A DNA stretch of 63,825 nucleotides, the filler included, from Octopus bimaculoides (taxonomy: Eukaryota), in assembly GCF_001194135.2 (NCBI RefSeq). It is 7 parts of 5 records of this genome, joined end to end, with 100 filler letters (N's around TTAATTAATTAA, not from the genome) between each part and the next. Parts side by side here need not be neighbours in the genome. Positions count along the whole stretch, not along the records: positions 25,748 to 32,583 come from NC_068982.1; positions 32,684 to 52,443 come from NC_068982.1; 5 more parts are not named here. One strand, 5' to 3'. Both the position numbers and the translations under genes were made by a program. The notes beneath the pieces are model-generated. The model was not told the origin of the DNA and ran no database searches. It worked only from the letters and a program-made list of their open reading frames with translations. Position 1 is the first letter of the stretch, and each line of letters opens with the position of its first letter. This document shows, piece by piece, positions 26,332-40,720 of the stretch.

Positions 26332-29300
26332 CGGCATATTGTTTCATAACCATTATATCATTCTACTGAGCGAAATATGTAATTCCACAAGGAGAAATAT
26401 ATAAATATATTCTAACAAGGAAATATATGTTCTCTATTTACCTTAATTTATATAAACCGAATTTATCTCCTAAATCTGTTTATATTGATAAATCTGCGGT
26501 ATGATTGCCGCTGCGTTTCTTCACGACTACATTGAAAGTTACATCGAAACCATTATGTTCATAGTACTGGTAACATATTTCGAAATATGATTAAGTTGTC
26601 GAGCATCTATTTGCAGATGTATTGTTTTCAATTATCATGTCAAGGAAAAAGCCCCAAACACTTTGTAGTACCGTGTACCATGATAAACACTACAGACCAT
26701 CGAACACGTCTTCAATTCACCAAATGAATCTCATTTGCCTAAAAGGTTTCGAGATAGAGATTTACAATTAAAGTTATGAATATTCTACAAAATGGAGCAG
26801 GTATGGGAACGGCATGTAGTCATCCTCAAAGTGTTGTAGCGTTAGTTCGAAAGGTGGATGTCAGGAGTTCAATATATAACAGATTCTTAATTTGCTCGTA
26901 AGAACTATGATATATGTTTGTTATTATAAGTATATACGTTTAGCAGACGAATGTTGCAATATAAAAAAAGGCAGAACAGACACCGTATGGCAATATTGAC
27001 GACGTTCTTAATATGTTTTGCCAAACCACTGCCTATTTAATAATTCAATTTGTCAAAGAACAGGTTGAACGACATTATTGGTGCGCAAAATGTAATTGTA
27101 ACTCTAGTAGCTATTTTCGTTTTTTTAACACATACACAAACACACGTCTTCACATTTCTTTTCTTGTTATAAAATATTAAATAAACACATTTTCCGAACA
27201 AAATACACTTATATCTACATTTACAAACGCGTAAATGCGTATGCATCTGCACGCACACGCATGCGTATATATCGCATATTATTGTAACGGGATATGGTGA
27301 GGTCCCTTTTGTGTGGAAAGACGCATTTTATTAAATCGCCTTCTTTCCGTTCCACCTATTTGAAACAGGAATTCCGATGTTACTGTTAAATATGTTTACA
27401 GTTAGACGCATCGAGTGTCATCTCTAATGTATTTTTCACATCTCGAATTTCAGGTTAAATTTTAGCGACTAGTCTAAGTATTTCACACTTTATCCTCTTC
27501 ACATTGTCGCATTTTATAATCTTCATGAACATTAAATTGTTCTCCATTTCTTCTTTCTTGTTTGAGAGCTGACCTATCAGTTCCTTCGCTAACCTGAAAT
27601 CAGGTAATTCAATGCAAATCAAGTACTGAAATTTTGGTTGGTTATTCTGTTTAGCTACCTACATATTCTAAAATTCTTTTTACCATTGTAGAAACATTGT
27701 GTGTTTTCTCACTTCTTAGCTTCTAGAAAGATAAGGTGGTACTTTTAAAAGTGAGTACATGTAGGTTTTAATGTGTGAATGCTGACGAGCTGCATTTCTC
27801 GATGATCTCAATTGTTATCAATTACTGGCACTGGTCAGGCTGTAACAAGTCGGACTATGGTCGTTTTCGCAAAAGTTGGTGCCCACGAAAAATTACGAGG
27901 GTCGGCTCTTGATAACATTCTATTGCATTTCCCCATCGCCAAACATTGCGTTGTCTTCTCCGCAGAGTTTAGGAAATCGTACTTTGCTCAGCAATCTTTC
28001 GATCTTCTGCAACGAATCGGCATTCTAAGTGCCGTACATCTCAGTTGTACTCTCTGTTCACAGGACGATAACGGCATCAACAGCAACAATACTCATGAAA
28101 ATGATGATAATGATGGTAACGACGACGACGACGACGACGACGATGATGATGATGATGACAACGACGACGACGACGACGATGACGATAACAACAACTGCAA
28201 GAACAATAACAACAGCAACAATAATAATAATATTTTCAAGACTACGAATAAACATTCTCACTGAATCGTTATACTTGAAGAGTAGCGAAAAAAAAAATCA
28301 ATACAAGGCCTGACTGTTTTTCAGATACTAATTCTTTAAAAACGAAAACATTTTTTCTACTCAAATAATTTAGCTAATATGTTTTGCTGAGTGAACTGAT
28401 GAATGACGATAAAATATTGAGATATTTGCCGCAAAACATAGCTAGAACCATGGCTGGAAATATATTTGTTTTCATCCCTGTCAAACTTGTAGGTTTTGTT
28501 TTGACGTAGCATTTCAGAACTAAATCTCAAAACACATCATTTGTTTTGAAATGTGTTATATATGTGAATAAATACCTTATTTAAAAAAAAATAGCAGCAA
28601 GCACAAAATGGTTGTAGAATTAGACATGCTTTTCCTGATATATTTTCCTTCCAACACTTTGATCATTTTTTTTCAAACATATTGCAGTTTCTCATATGCT
28701 ACTCCTCAATACATAATGTATATCCTTCACTTGTAGCCATGATGAAGTTCTATATTTGTACTTTTGTTATGATGGCGTTTGTTGATTTTTACGTTCGTAT
28801 CGAGCAGTTTACTTTTTTTTGTTTCAGGTTGATTGTCTGCCACATATTTAGAGTAACATACTTTTCACTGCATGGATATTAATACAGAACAAAGAAAGGA
28901 AATGTAAAAGAAATTTACCTGCTGTCAAATGGAAGTAGTATACTTCTAATTTATTGAATCCTCCATAAGTACTCTTGGAATAACAGGAATTCAAACGAAA
29001 TTACGGGAAGAACATACAATTACTATTTTATTTTTAACACTATCCAAGTAATCGCTATAATGCTCAATGCAATACGTTTTTCATAGTCAAGTCATTGTAT
29101 ATTCTGTAGTATTGATTGCTAATGCTTCATAGACTATACTCCTACACATATTTTTAGTACTTTTAAAGGCTATATAATCTACTCTTGTTTTATAGTTTAG
29201 ATTTCACGCTTATTTGGGGTATTCATATTTATCTCCAAGAGTATTAAATCACAAACATCAGGAAGTTAACATTTAGTAATTATAAAATTTTGCGATACTA

Positions 29301-30529
29301 AATGTAATTACAATTCAATACTATTCTATCCTATCGAGAACAGACTACTGAAGTAGATGAAAATGGAGGCAAGGATTAAAAAGAAACTTCCAACAAATCT
29401 TTTCAACGTGAAAGGACACATAATTTATTAGTAAAGCTGCAAAGACACCACTAAATACTACGAACGGGAACGTGATATTTTGAGGGACAGTTTTTGTGAT
29501 GTCTTTGGAGCTTTATTAATGAAGCATATTACTCTACCTCCGTTACTATCTTTTCCACCTTGTTTCACATTTATGTACTTAGTCTGGTGAAAGGAAACAT
29601 ATGAATATTGGCTTCAAATATTGATATAAGTCTAGTAATTTTGGAAAGGTGTCAGTCGGTTAACATCTATCCCGATGTTCAAATGGTACTAATTTTTTGA
29701 CCTAGAGTAAAAAAATTACAAGCAAATCGACCTCAGAGATTTAATCTTGGTTTTTTTTTTGTCCCTTGTCTATATATCCTTATATAAATATACTTGTCTA
29801 TAAGAGGGGTTCTAGATAGTTCCTGATTTTAAATGCAACGCGAAAGCCCTGGTTGGAGGCCCAATTTGGCAAGTTCTTTTACTGGGTTTAGAAAACCTGA
29901 AGGACGTCTGCAATAAGTGTCTGAATCGGAGACACGGATATGTTTTATAAATTTTTTGTTTGTATTTTTCTACAAAGAATCTCACATTTTATATGTTACT
30001 GTAGCACACACACACACACACACACACGCACACACACACACAAATATATATATATATATATTTTTCTCTCGTACTATCATGCCAGACTACAAATCTTTCG
30101 TCATCATTCTTCCCAACCGCCTAAAACAACCCCTCCGCACACTTCCTTCTGAATGCTTTCAACCTTCCATTAAACATTCATTACTTATTTTCCCAAAACG
30201 TCGTTTGTCTAGCCACATTTCTTTCCTCAGTCGCTGTTTACATCACCACNNNNNNNNNNNNNNNNNNNNNNNNNNNNNNNNNNNNNNNNNNNNNNNNNNN
30301 NNNNNNNNNNNNNNNNNNNNNNNNNNNNNNNNNNNNNNNNNNNNNNNNNNNNNNNNNNNNNNNNNNNNNNNNNNNNNNNNNNNNNNNNNNNNNNNNNNNN
30401 NNNNNNNNNNNNNNNNNNNNNNNNNNNNNNATTCACGAGTGTTATACTAATACATCTATTTGTTTTCTACATCACAAGTATTGGTCTCTTTTTTCTGTGA
30501 ATTCTCCCTATATATATATATATAATGAC

Positions 30530-32135
30530 TATGAAGCAGCATGTGACTTAAATACATACAAAGAAAGAGAATTTTCACTTTGCTTAAACTATTTTACTGC
30601 AGTAATTAGGTAAACATTTCTACAAGCTAATGCCAGCGAGCTGTTTGGAGTAATGATACGAAAAGTCGCCGAAGTCGGATTGAACGGCTGCGTTTTCGTG
30701 TCATTGAGCAGAGGGATGTTTAAACGGAGCGTCCGTTCCAGAGAATCAAGAGAACTTACACTTAAATACTCTTTAATACACCATAGAAGTTTTTCTCAAT
30801 GTTCGAATATTCTCGAATCGATATGATAAATAATTATATTCGGTTATTTAATCAAAGTGTGCCTCCACTAATTTTCTAGCCTTGTGCCCATCTTATAAGG
30901 AATAATAGTATTTAGCTGATTCAGTCTTTATTTTGAAAGTTCTCATATCTTTCATTCCAGTTTTTTTTTTATCATTTAGCTTATTCCAGTATTTTCGTTT
31001 ACACAAAGCCAGGAACTTTTCAGCACTACCTCGTATGTATATTTTAAATATCAAGCGTAAGCATATTTCTTTAATCATTTATTTGCACCATTATCTCCCT
31101 CTATACATATACATATGTGCGCGTAAAAGGACACTAGACTGTCTCCTTTTGCAAATTTTACTCACAAGCTGGTTTGGTGTTATAAGAGAATTAACATAAC
31201 TCATATTGCCACATAGTAGGAGTGCAAACAACACGAAACGATTATGAAGTGAACTGTTTTACCACAAATCAGTTTCATATTATATGTATTAAAATGCCTA
31301 ATTGAGAAAAAAATTCATCCCACATCGCTATATTTGCTGATAGAACAGACACATAACATATAATATTACTTAAGTAAATAAGTATTGATGGGATTTTATT
31401 TTGAGTACCAATATTTGATCATAGCTAAAAAAAAGATATGTAAAATTTGGTGTTTGCATTCGGCATTCAAGCAAAACATTTAATATATAATTGCTTGTAG
31501 TTTCTGATAAATTTCATATTTATGTTTATCACAAAAGCATTTTAAATTAGGCATATACTAACAGAGTGGATTGTATAACATTCAGACATATTCAATCTGC
31601 CTTGTTTACTTTCGGCACAAAATACGAATTTTTTTCATCCGACCGAATTGCTTTTTGTTTTGTTTTTTTTTGTACAAAGAATCTCGCATTTCAAATGTTA
31701 GTGTAACATATATATAACATGTCTACACAGCAGCTTGTGACTTGACTATATAAAGAGAACTTTCACTTGCTTAAACTATTTTACAGCAGCAAATCGGTAA
31801 ATGTTTTTACATAGCTAATAACAGCGGGCAGTTAGGAGTAATGATACGAAAAGTCGCCGGAGTTGAACAGATCGGCTCTGTTTTCATGTCATTCAGCAGA
31901 GAGACTTTTAAATAGAGAGTTAGTTCCTGAGAATCAAGAAAACTTAGACTTAAATACTCTTTAATACACCACAGATATTTTTCTCAAAGTTCGGTCATTT
32001 AATCAAAATGTGCCTCCTCTAATTTTCTTGCCTTGTGCCCATATTACAAGCAATAATAGCATTTATCTGATTCAGCCTTTATTTTGATAGTTCTCATATC
32101 TTTCATGTCAGTTTTTTTATCATTTAGCTTATTCT
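30530..32135. repeat. Diverged local duplication (~30530-31040 vs ~31710-32135; 5' part also ~29955 vs ~31655)
   Basis: Shared ttcact.tgcttaaactatttta..ggagtaatgatacgaaaagtcgcc..gagaatcaag..cttaaatactctttaatacacc..aatcaaa.tgtgcctcc.ctaattttct.gccttgtgcccat. Confidence 0.85.
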
Positions 32136-32503
32136 AGTTCGGAAGACTGGACATGAATAGACATATGTTTTATTGTAATAACTCTTATGGATGTTCAATT
32201 CTAGAATGAGCCATCTATTTCAACGTAATTGATTAGAACTGCCGACGTTTGTATCAAAACGTATACAGTAAATGGAGAGTATCTGCAAACATCGTTCAGT
32301 CAATTGTGTATATATGCATATGTGTGTGTGCGTGTGCATACATAGATACATACATACATACACACACACATACACATATATATCTGGGCATAGGCACATA
32401 TAAACTCATAATGTTCATGTATACGTCTATATGTCTGTCTATCTGTCTAATCTATCTATCTACCTATCAATCAGTCCATTTATGTCTCTCTCTCTCTCTC
32501 TCT

Positions 32504-32583
<80 letters not shown>

Positions 32584-32683
32584 NNNNNNNNNNNNNNNNN
32601 NNNNNNNNNNNNNNNNNNNNNNNNNNNTTAATTAATTAANNNNNNNNNNNNNNNNNNNNNNNNNNNNNNNNNNNNNNNNNNNN

Positions 32684-32720
<37 letters not shown>

Positions 32721-35700
32721 AATAGTAAATGAGTATATGCATATATACGTACAGGTATGTGCATACCGACATCCACCTGTATGTATAAGTGCATATCTGG
32801 GTACAGGACGTTGCAAACAAAATAGAGACGAGAAAACATACAAGCCACATAGAGAACATTCTACTTCATCAGCTACCTCCGTTTTAACACTGGCGTTTCG
32901 AAGAGCTAGGCAGGACGCATCGTTAAAACAGCTCTTCCCATGGACTGCAAATTAAATTTGTATACNNNNNNNNNNNNNNNNNNNNNNNNNNNNNNNNNNN
33001 NNNNNNNNNNNNNNNNNNNNNNNNNNNNNNNNNNNNNNNNNNNNNNNNNNNNNNNNNNNNNNNNNNNNNNNNNNNNNNNNNNNNNNNNNNNNNNNNNNNN
33101 NNNNNNNNNNNNNNNNNNNNNNNNNNNNNNNNNNNNNNNNNNNNNNNNNNNNNNNNNNNNNNNNNNNNNNNNNNNNNNNNNNNNNNNNNNNNNNNNNNNN
33201 NNNNNNNNNNNNNNNNNNNNNNNNNNNNNNNNNNNNNNNNNNNNNNNNNNNNNNNNNNNNNNNNNNNNNNNNNNNNNNNNNAGTAGTAACAGAGGAAGAA
33301 CGAGAGGGGTAAAGCGAGATACGTAGTAGTAAAGAGGAAGAACGAGGGGAAGAGAGAGAGTGGTAGAGGGAGAAACTGCTGAATGCCCTTCTTAACACCT
33401 ACCTCTTTATAACATGTTCTAAGTGCTTTTTTGTGTGCCACCAATGCAAGTTAGATTGGCATGCAGTTTGCAAGACTATGTGCTGTTAGGGTGGGAGGGG
33501 GAAGCTTTATACTAGACGATGGGTTAAAGTATGAAAGAAAGAGAGGCTACAGAGAAAGGGGGAATAGTCAGGTGGAGCTGGAAAGAGATAAAATGCTAGT
33601 AATGAGGTGTCAAGGTGGCCCCTCAGAGTACAAGAGGAGAAGTGGGTGGGGATTGAGAAACTTGGAGTTTGAGTGGGTGAGTTTGCAAGAGTCTATGGGA
33701 AGTGAGAGAGTGGGGAATGGTTGAGAGGGAAGGGAAGCAGGTAGCAACTGTAAAGCTTGGGTAGGGTTGAAGGTTAGATGTAGTGAATGGTAGATAAGGA
33801 GTAAGAGGTGACAATGATGTATGAGTACGGGGAGGTAGGGGGATGCAGAAGAAATCATGGGAGGGGAGAGTGGCAGGGTAGTAATGATGATACAGCTGAT
33901 CAGTGGTTCTCAACCATGGTCCATAGGAATATAGTAGAGAGGGAGGTGGTTTTATGCTAGGTGTTGGGAGGTTAAAGTATGATAGAAGGAACAGGAACAG
34001 ACTTCCTGTAGAAGAGGGGATTCATGGCAATTCCACATCATATAAGGATGGGTGGAAGTAATTGGAGTAGAGCTGGAAAGAGAGATTAAAGATGGTGAAA
34101 ACAAGTTGTCAGGGTGTACCCTCAAGGTACAAGAAAATGAATAGAAGTAAGTGTGGGGGAAGAAAATCAGGAAGGGTAGATGTGTAAATGTAAAGGCTGC
34201 AAGAGTATTGGAGGGGAGAGTGAAAGTGAATAGGAACAAGGGTGAAGCTGTGGTTGGTGGAGCCATGAGTGAGGGTATTATGATAAGATTGAGGAATGAA
34301 CATCAATAGAAGTGGTTCATGGGAGAGGAAAGTGACAACTGACAACTTAAAGAATGAAGAGTAGCAGAATAATATAGTAGACTAGCAGAGATACCAGGCG
34401 TTGCCTGTGTTACATGCAATTGAAGAATTAGACTTTTCTGTTACATTTTCTCTAATGAGCTGGAATATCTATGATTTGAATTTCATCAAAATTGCAGATG
34501 AGGGTTCTTTTCCTCTTTACACACCTTAAAAAAATTCTAATCATGACACATGTATCCCATACTACTGATTTTTATGCGCAGAATCCAAAATTCCAGTCTT
34601 ATGGAACCTGTTAAAAGGATTTTGCTCCTGAAAAATGGATGTCATGGAGCTCTAAAATGTGGGAATTAAGGCCCCTATTGGGGGTGGGTGTCTTAATGTC
34701 AACCAGAGAAGTTGAATTGTTGAGAATCTTTTTGACTTGGGTGTTATATCTATTGTTCAAATTTCTTTGAAATAGGAAATATATGTATGTTCACTGGGTT
34801 TGTAAAAGAGAGCAAAGCTACAAGAAACCAAAAGACGAATGATCACAATAAGCAGTCAGCTACCCTACCCTAGTCGTTACTACTCCCCAATGTAGGATTC
34901 CTCACCATACAGGTGACAGGCACAGCCGTAAGATGCATTACGGATGTATAGCAATTGGAAGGGTGTGACCCAACTCAAACATTAAGAACTGTGTGACATG
35001 AGGGCTAAGGGGAAATGAAAGTGTCACCTCTGGAGTTTGCAAATGACCACTATACCGATAGGTAACTGCACAGAATAAATTTACAATCTATAAATGTCTT
35101 TCAATAACCAGTCACTCATCTGGGAAGGCCTTGAAATCAATGTTACCATTGGGGAACAATGTGTGACCCAGTGATAATAAAAGACTCAAAAGAGGTCTGC
35201 AACCAAATAACTTTACTGAACACTTTGCAACTGAATCAGTGGAGGCAAAGATGCCTCTCATTTACTTGACAATTTATGCACCACATGTCTATGAGTTTAA
35301 TCCAGTGAAGGGGGTAGTCTTTTTGTGGGGAGTGGTTTAGGACATCTGCACTTGCAACAGCAGCAGTAGCAATACTCTATTGTAGGTCTCACCTAAGTTT
35401 TGTAGTGTCACTGATTGTTGGGAGAAGATGAAATATCTTCTAGCTCTAGAAGGAAGGGTTAGCCATTGAGATGTAGTCCTAACTATGTTAGGAATGTGCT
35501 TTCAGCCAGAATGTTCTTCAGAGATTGTGAGATCCAATATTTGGAGTGATTGTGAAGCCTCTGGTTGCAAGTTTTCAAGATTAAGAAGAGTGTGATGCAA
35601 TGTTTTCTTGTTTTATATATGCAAAGAAGAGTAGCATGTTAAAATCAATTAAAGCTGTAATCATTTGTTGGTTTTTCCAAGTACAGATTGAATTTTAAAA

Positions 35701-36544
35701 AATCCAATACAATAATAAAACGGTGGATAAAGAGAGAACAAAATGTGTATATGTGTGTGTGTACATATGTGCAAAGTTGTTTAAGCAAATATGAAAAAGG
35801 CCACTTTATATGTACAACTGTTCAAAGTTTGCTTCTAAGATAGGCTGGAGGTGGGGTATGAAATACTTCAGATACTTTTGTTCTTTATTTGATATTCAGG
35901 TGTCTCACTTACACTTTACTCTAGAATTTCTGTTAGAAGTTACATTAAGTAAAACTTTTTGTATTTGTAAAATGGTTTCTACTTCTATTAGCATAGAAGA
36001 AATCATTTGTACATGGCAAAAATTTTGTCTTTGTTGTATTTTTTTATGTGCAGTTTTGAATTTTTTTCATAATTCTCCTATTTCCTAATACTAAAGGAAA
36101 CATTTTGCTTAAGGACTATAAATTATTTCACTTTTTTTTTTGTATTCAATTCCGCCAAAATTTGAGCTTGGAAGCTTAAATCAAATCACTAAGTATATCA
36201 ACAAAATATTATTGTTATAGATCTGTGAAAAGAAGAAAAAAATTTTAATCCTTTCTTTATTTTGAAAGATTGTTCAGAAAGAGAACCTACTATCTATTCA
36301 AAACCAAACTTATTTATTTTTAAAGAATATTTTCAAAGGACATATGAAACTTATTGATTCAGAAATTTTTGACATAAACTTTTACAAATATGAAGATTAC
36401 AAACAGAGAGCTTCATGATAATTTTCGTATAAACAAAATTTCTTAATCATGTATTTTATATGATGACTATTTTTAAATAATTAAAACAGCACATTTTAAG
36501 TGTGTGAAGTCAACTTAAATAAATATCAGATGAAATATCTGAAT

Positions 36545-36662
36545 GACTAATTCAAGATGGCGGCTAAAAATGATACTCATTTGATGATTCAATCAAACTG
36601 AAACGTAGATATGATAACAAGTGTTTAAAGTAAAATTCGGCTCCCCATATTTATAGTTTTTC
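36545..36662 (+). promoter_or_regulatory. Probable STAMBP TSS region / non-coding first exon with YY1-type motif
   Basis: CAAGATGGCGGC (YY1-type motif) at 36553-36564; donor ttttc|gtaag at 36663; CpG retained locally (36.5-39.9 kb). First coding exon begins with an acceptor 12 nt before ATG, so an upstream non-coding exon is required. Confidence 0.45.
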
Positions 36663-39600
36663 GTAAGAAAAATTTTTAAATATATTTCTTAGTGTATTGT
36701 AGAATTTAAAATTTGAAATAAACATTTTACGAAACGATGTAAAGTAATGAACTTTACACGAAGATTGTAAGTATTATGGCAACTCTGAAATATTTATGCG
36801 TATTTATGTTTATATTTATATTTAATATGACAATTGAAAAAGGAGAAAACACTCATGAAATAAATTAGCATTTCAATTGATTATTTTATTTTATTTTATG
36901 TCATTTCCTAAATAAAACTTTCCATGTTCAGAACCAAGTTTTTGAATTCAACCAACGATTCTTTCTCCATGATTCGTCCGGGAACCTACTAATTACTCGG
37001 CGACCAACAGACTAAGGAACGAGTCGACCGTTCTTGGAATTAGTCTATTAGAATTGGAATATTATTTTGAAAGAAAAAAATATATTGTGGGGAACAAGTT
37101 GTCAACATTAAACCGAACCGATGTAAGTGTTTAGGAACATTATTTACCTTTTATATTTCGATAAATGTTTAATGTAAAATTCTTAAGTTTCCAAACTTTA
37201 AATATATATTTAGGGGGGAAAAAACCCAAAAAAACTACAGCCTCCCCCCTCCGTTAACTAGAATGACAGAAATCTCCATATCCAATGTTGCAAAAAGGTT
37301 CCAAGTTCTGGAGAAATACATTGTAACATAAAAAAGAAGCCAATTATTTTCTTAGAAAGTTTGAATTTTATAAACACTTGGGATATTTCGGGGCAAACTT
37401 ATAATTTTTTTATACTTGTTTTTACTCAATAAAATTGCTACTTTTATTTATTGCTTTAGTCCTTTTTTAAAAAAAAGATAAGTTTTATGTTCTGTCATCA
37501 CTCTGATAGTGATATATTTTATTTAGAAAAAAGAAAAAAACAAAGCGAAACATCATTTTCCCCTTGAGATGTCCAATATTTTATTTAGACCGTGTAATTT
37601 GGAAAAGTTTTCATTCAATGTCTTGGATAATTGGGTCTCAGATATACATTCATGAATTACAGTCTTTACTTCTGACTGGTTTAAGCAAATCTAGAATTAA
37701 TTCTTTCGTTGTTTATCTAGTTTATTGTTAGTATTTTTGATATCTATTCTGGACGAATGACAACCAAGTAAACTCTTGTGTTGGGATAGAACAGATAGGA
37801 ATGGAATTTGATATTGTGTCAACTATTTAGTCTGACTGTCATTACTATCTTTAGCAGCAATAACTTTAGAATGGGATGCATATTCAGGGCTCCGTCAATG
37901 TTTATATGTTTCATCCTAACTCCCAATTCTAAAAGAGTCAGCAACGTTGGTCGAATATTTACATATATCGAGGTGGAATCACTAGATTAATGAAGAATAA
38001 GAAAAAAACAAATATCGCAAGATCATATTTCTACAAAACTTTATCCAGTTGTTCACAGAAGCCAAGTGACTGGTAAGGTTTATTTAAAGACTAAACTGTT
38101 CGATATAGTGTGAATGGGTAAATATCTGCCACACCCACTTTATATTGTTTTTTTCTACTGGAAACTTCTTACGGTAGTTACAATTGTAAATTTTATAAAT
38201 ATCTTATGCTCGCTAGATTCCTTTGATAAATTTAGAGATTTGGCTATTATATGTACCTCAATAGTTTTAGATTGTATTTAATATCCAAACCTGTACTTAT
38301 TCCAGTTGTGGTTTTCCTCTTGAATCATTATATCGTGTGACTTCAGATATGAATCATTGAGAGGACTCGTATGAATGAATAGATATTATTAACTTTGGGG
38401 AAATTACGTGTCATTGTTTCCGCTTATAAGTGAGAATAGATAATCAACATACTTTAACGTAGAAGTTACTTTCCTGTTGGGACAATTATATCATTCACAA
38501 CCAATTGTTTGAAAGCGAGAATAAGAATTATTCATTACAGAATGGTTACGGTATGTTTACGTCTTGTAATTATTTATTTTCCTAGAAAAGGCCATAGAGT
38601 AGCAGAAGTGTGAATAAATCAAAGATGTGCAGTTGAAACCGTAACTGCGTTTTTAAAATTAATACTGATAACATGAACATAAGAAAAAAAGACTGGTGTT
38701 TACGTTTAAAAAACACATACAGCTGTAAAATAGATATTCTGAAAGCAAGATTTCACGAAATTTTTATTATAAATATTCTTAAATAAATATTTTTCATTAT
38801 CACAAATTAGCGTAAGCTTTTCTAGTCTTCTAGTTATATGTTTGTATGTATGTATGTATGTAAATTTTGGCATGAAACTTATTTTATATCGTGAAAGTGA
38901 TTTTACCCCTTATAAATGATTACATTTCCATATAGTTCTTAATAGTATTGTCTATTATGAAGTGTTAAATTTCGTCGCTTTTTCTGTAACTTGATAACCA
39001 ACACACTTCTATACGTACAATTTACCAATATTTTTTTGTATTATCATTTCCGGATCAAGATGTAAACATTAACCCAATTTTCTTCGTTAATTGTACCTTT
39101 TTGCATACTCAGAGGTATGCAAAATTTTAAACCATTTTAAACCTTTCAGACTTATACTGTGATTTAATGTCAAACCTGAAATGTCATTACTGTATCCACT
39201 GTGGACAAAAGTTGTTTTAATAATGTCTTCCTTACAACTTAGAAATAAATAACCCAAACTGACCATTATTGCAAATTATTTATAAACATTTTGTCTAAGT
39301 GAATATTGTCACCTCCGATTATTTAATGCTCTGGTTCTTTTTTATTTTCTCCTTTCACATTTTTAGTTACCTCTTTGTTCACATTGCTCTACAAACTTCT
39401 AATTGCTCCGCACCGTGTCTGTAACGTCATTTCAATTTCTTCCCATTTTTTGTTTTTATATTAACAGCCCAAACGACAACACGACTTTCTCTCTTTAACC
39501 CCGTCACAGACGCTGGACCAAGCCTCGAACGTTAGATTGTATATTCTTCACAGGACTTCAACTTATTGAATTATCCTATAAATACCACCGAACTTATTAG

Positions 39601-39984
39601 GTTGTCTATAGATTGTTGACGCAGACCATGACCATTAACCTCGAATTTCAAGTTTCACCCTATGGAAGAATAGTGTAAATAAACTTCCAAGGGAAATAAC
39701 TCTATATTGTTTCGTATCATGCCGTCCCTGATCAAGTAAACCTCTGAACAAAAACCTATTAACTGCAACTAACCCGTACTCTCTCTCTTCTCCACAAACA
39801 GTGTATTTAGGATCATATTATCCAGTGTGCCATCTGTTTGTAAGACCCTCAAGTATGATGGAGATTTAACTCGTATTCCTCCCAGAACGCACGATCAATA
39901 TATAAATCAGTGTTTCTCAACCATTTTTTGCTTATGGACCCTTTTGATTCCTATTTTCATTACTGGACCTTCATACCAATTCGT

Positions 39985-40044
<60 letters not shown>

Positions 40045-40107
40045 ATACTATGGTATTATAATTAAATATTATTAGGAATTGTAAAAAAAATTAAAATATT
40101 TTGTATA

Positions 40108-40720
40108 TATCACCATCGTTTAACGCCCGTTTTCCATGCTGGCATGGGTTGGATGGTATTGACATGGAGCTGGCTAGCAGGGTCCAAGCTCCAACTGTCT
40201 GTTGTGGCATGGCTTCTGCGGCTGGATGCCCTTCCTAACGCCAACCAGTTAACAGAATGTGCAGTGTACTTTTTACCTACCACTGGTACGGATGTGTTAA
40301 TGCAGCACTAACACAAGTGCTTTTTAAGTGGCACCAGCACCTGAAAGGACAAGCCTGTACATGTGGAAGACAGCGATTTTGCTTAGCTTGATGTGTCTTA
40401 TCAAGTACAGCAAATCGCCACCTCTCCCAGTCCCTTGTCATTACTTCAGTGAGGCCCACATCCAAAGATCCTTTCTCACCACTTTGTCCCACGTCTTCCT
40501 GGTTCTACTCCCTTCCATAGGTACCCTCCACAATTAGAGCTCAGCACTTCTTTATGCAGCTGTTCTCTTCCATTCGCTTCACATGACCAAACCAGTGCAG
40601 TCTTCTCTCTTGCACACAACATCTGATGCCTCCAGTACCCAGTTTTCCTCTTAAGTCATTTACACTCTGTCATGCATGCACACTGACATTACCAATCCAG
40701 TGGAGCATGCTAGCTTCAAT
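40108..40720 (-). mobile_element. RTE-type LINE 3' end
   Basis: Minus strand RRLHWFGHVKRMEE..GRSRTRKTWDKVV..DWERWRFAV; tail ggaaacgggcgttaaacgatg. Confidence 0.75.

Noticed and set aside
27812-28264. 150-aa ORF
   Set aside because: No true ATG context, C-terminal half is a (GAC/GAT/AAC)n repeat, no recognisable domain in any frame.
28870-29600. Decayed GPCR-like pseudogene
   Set aside because: Only vague hydrophobic stretches among many stops; no diagnostic motif.
32860-32950. Hammerhead on the minus strand (AAGAGC..GCTCTT-CGAAAC, later CTGATGA)
   Set aside because: No CUGANGA before stem II, and the later CTGATGA has no matching stems; at best a pLTR relic.
33290-34380. Overlapping ORFs in a purine-rich tract
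   Set aside because: Low-complexity strand bias; probably a TE UTR; no domain supported.
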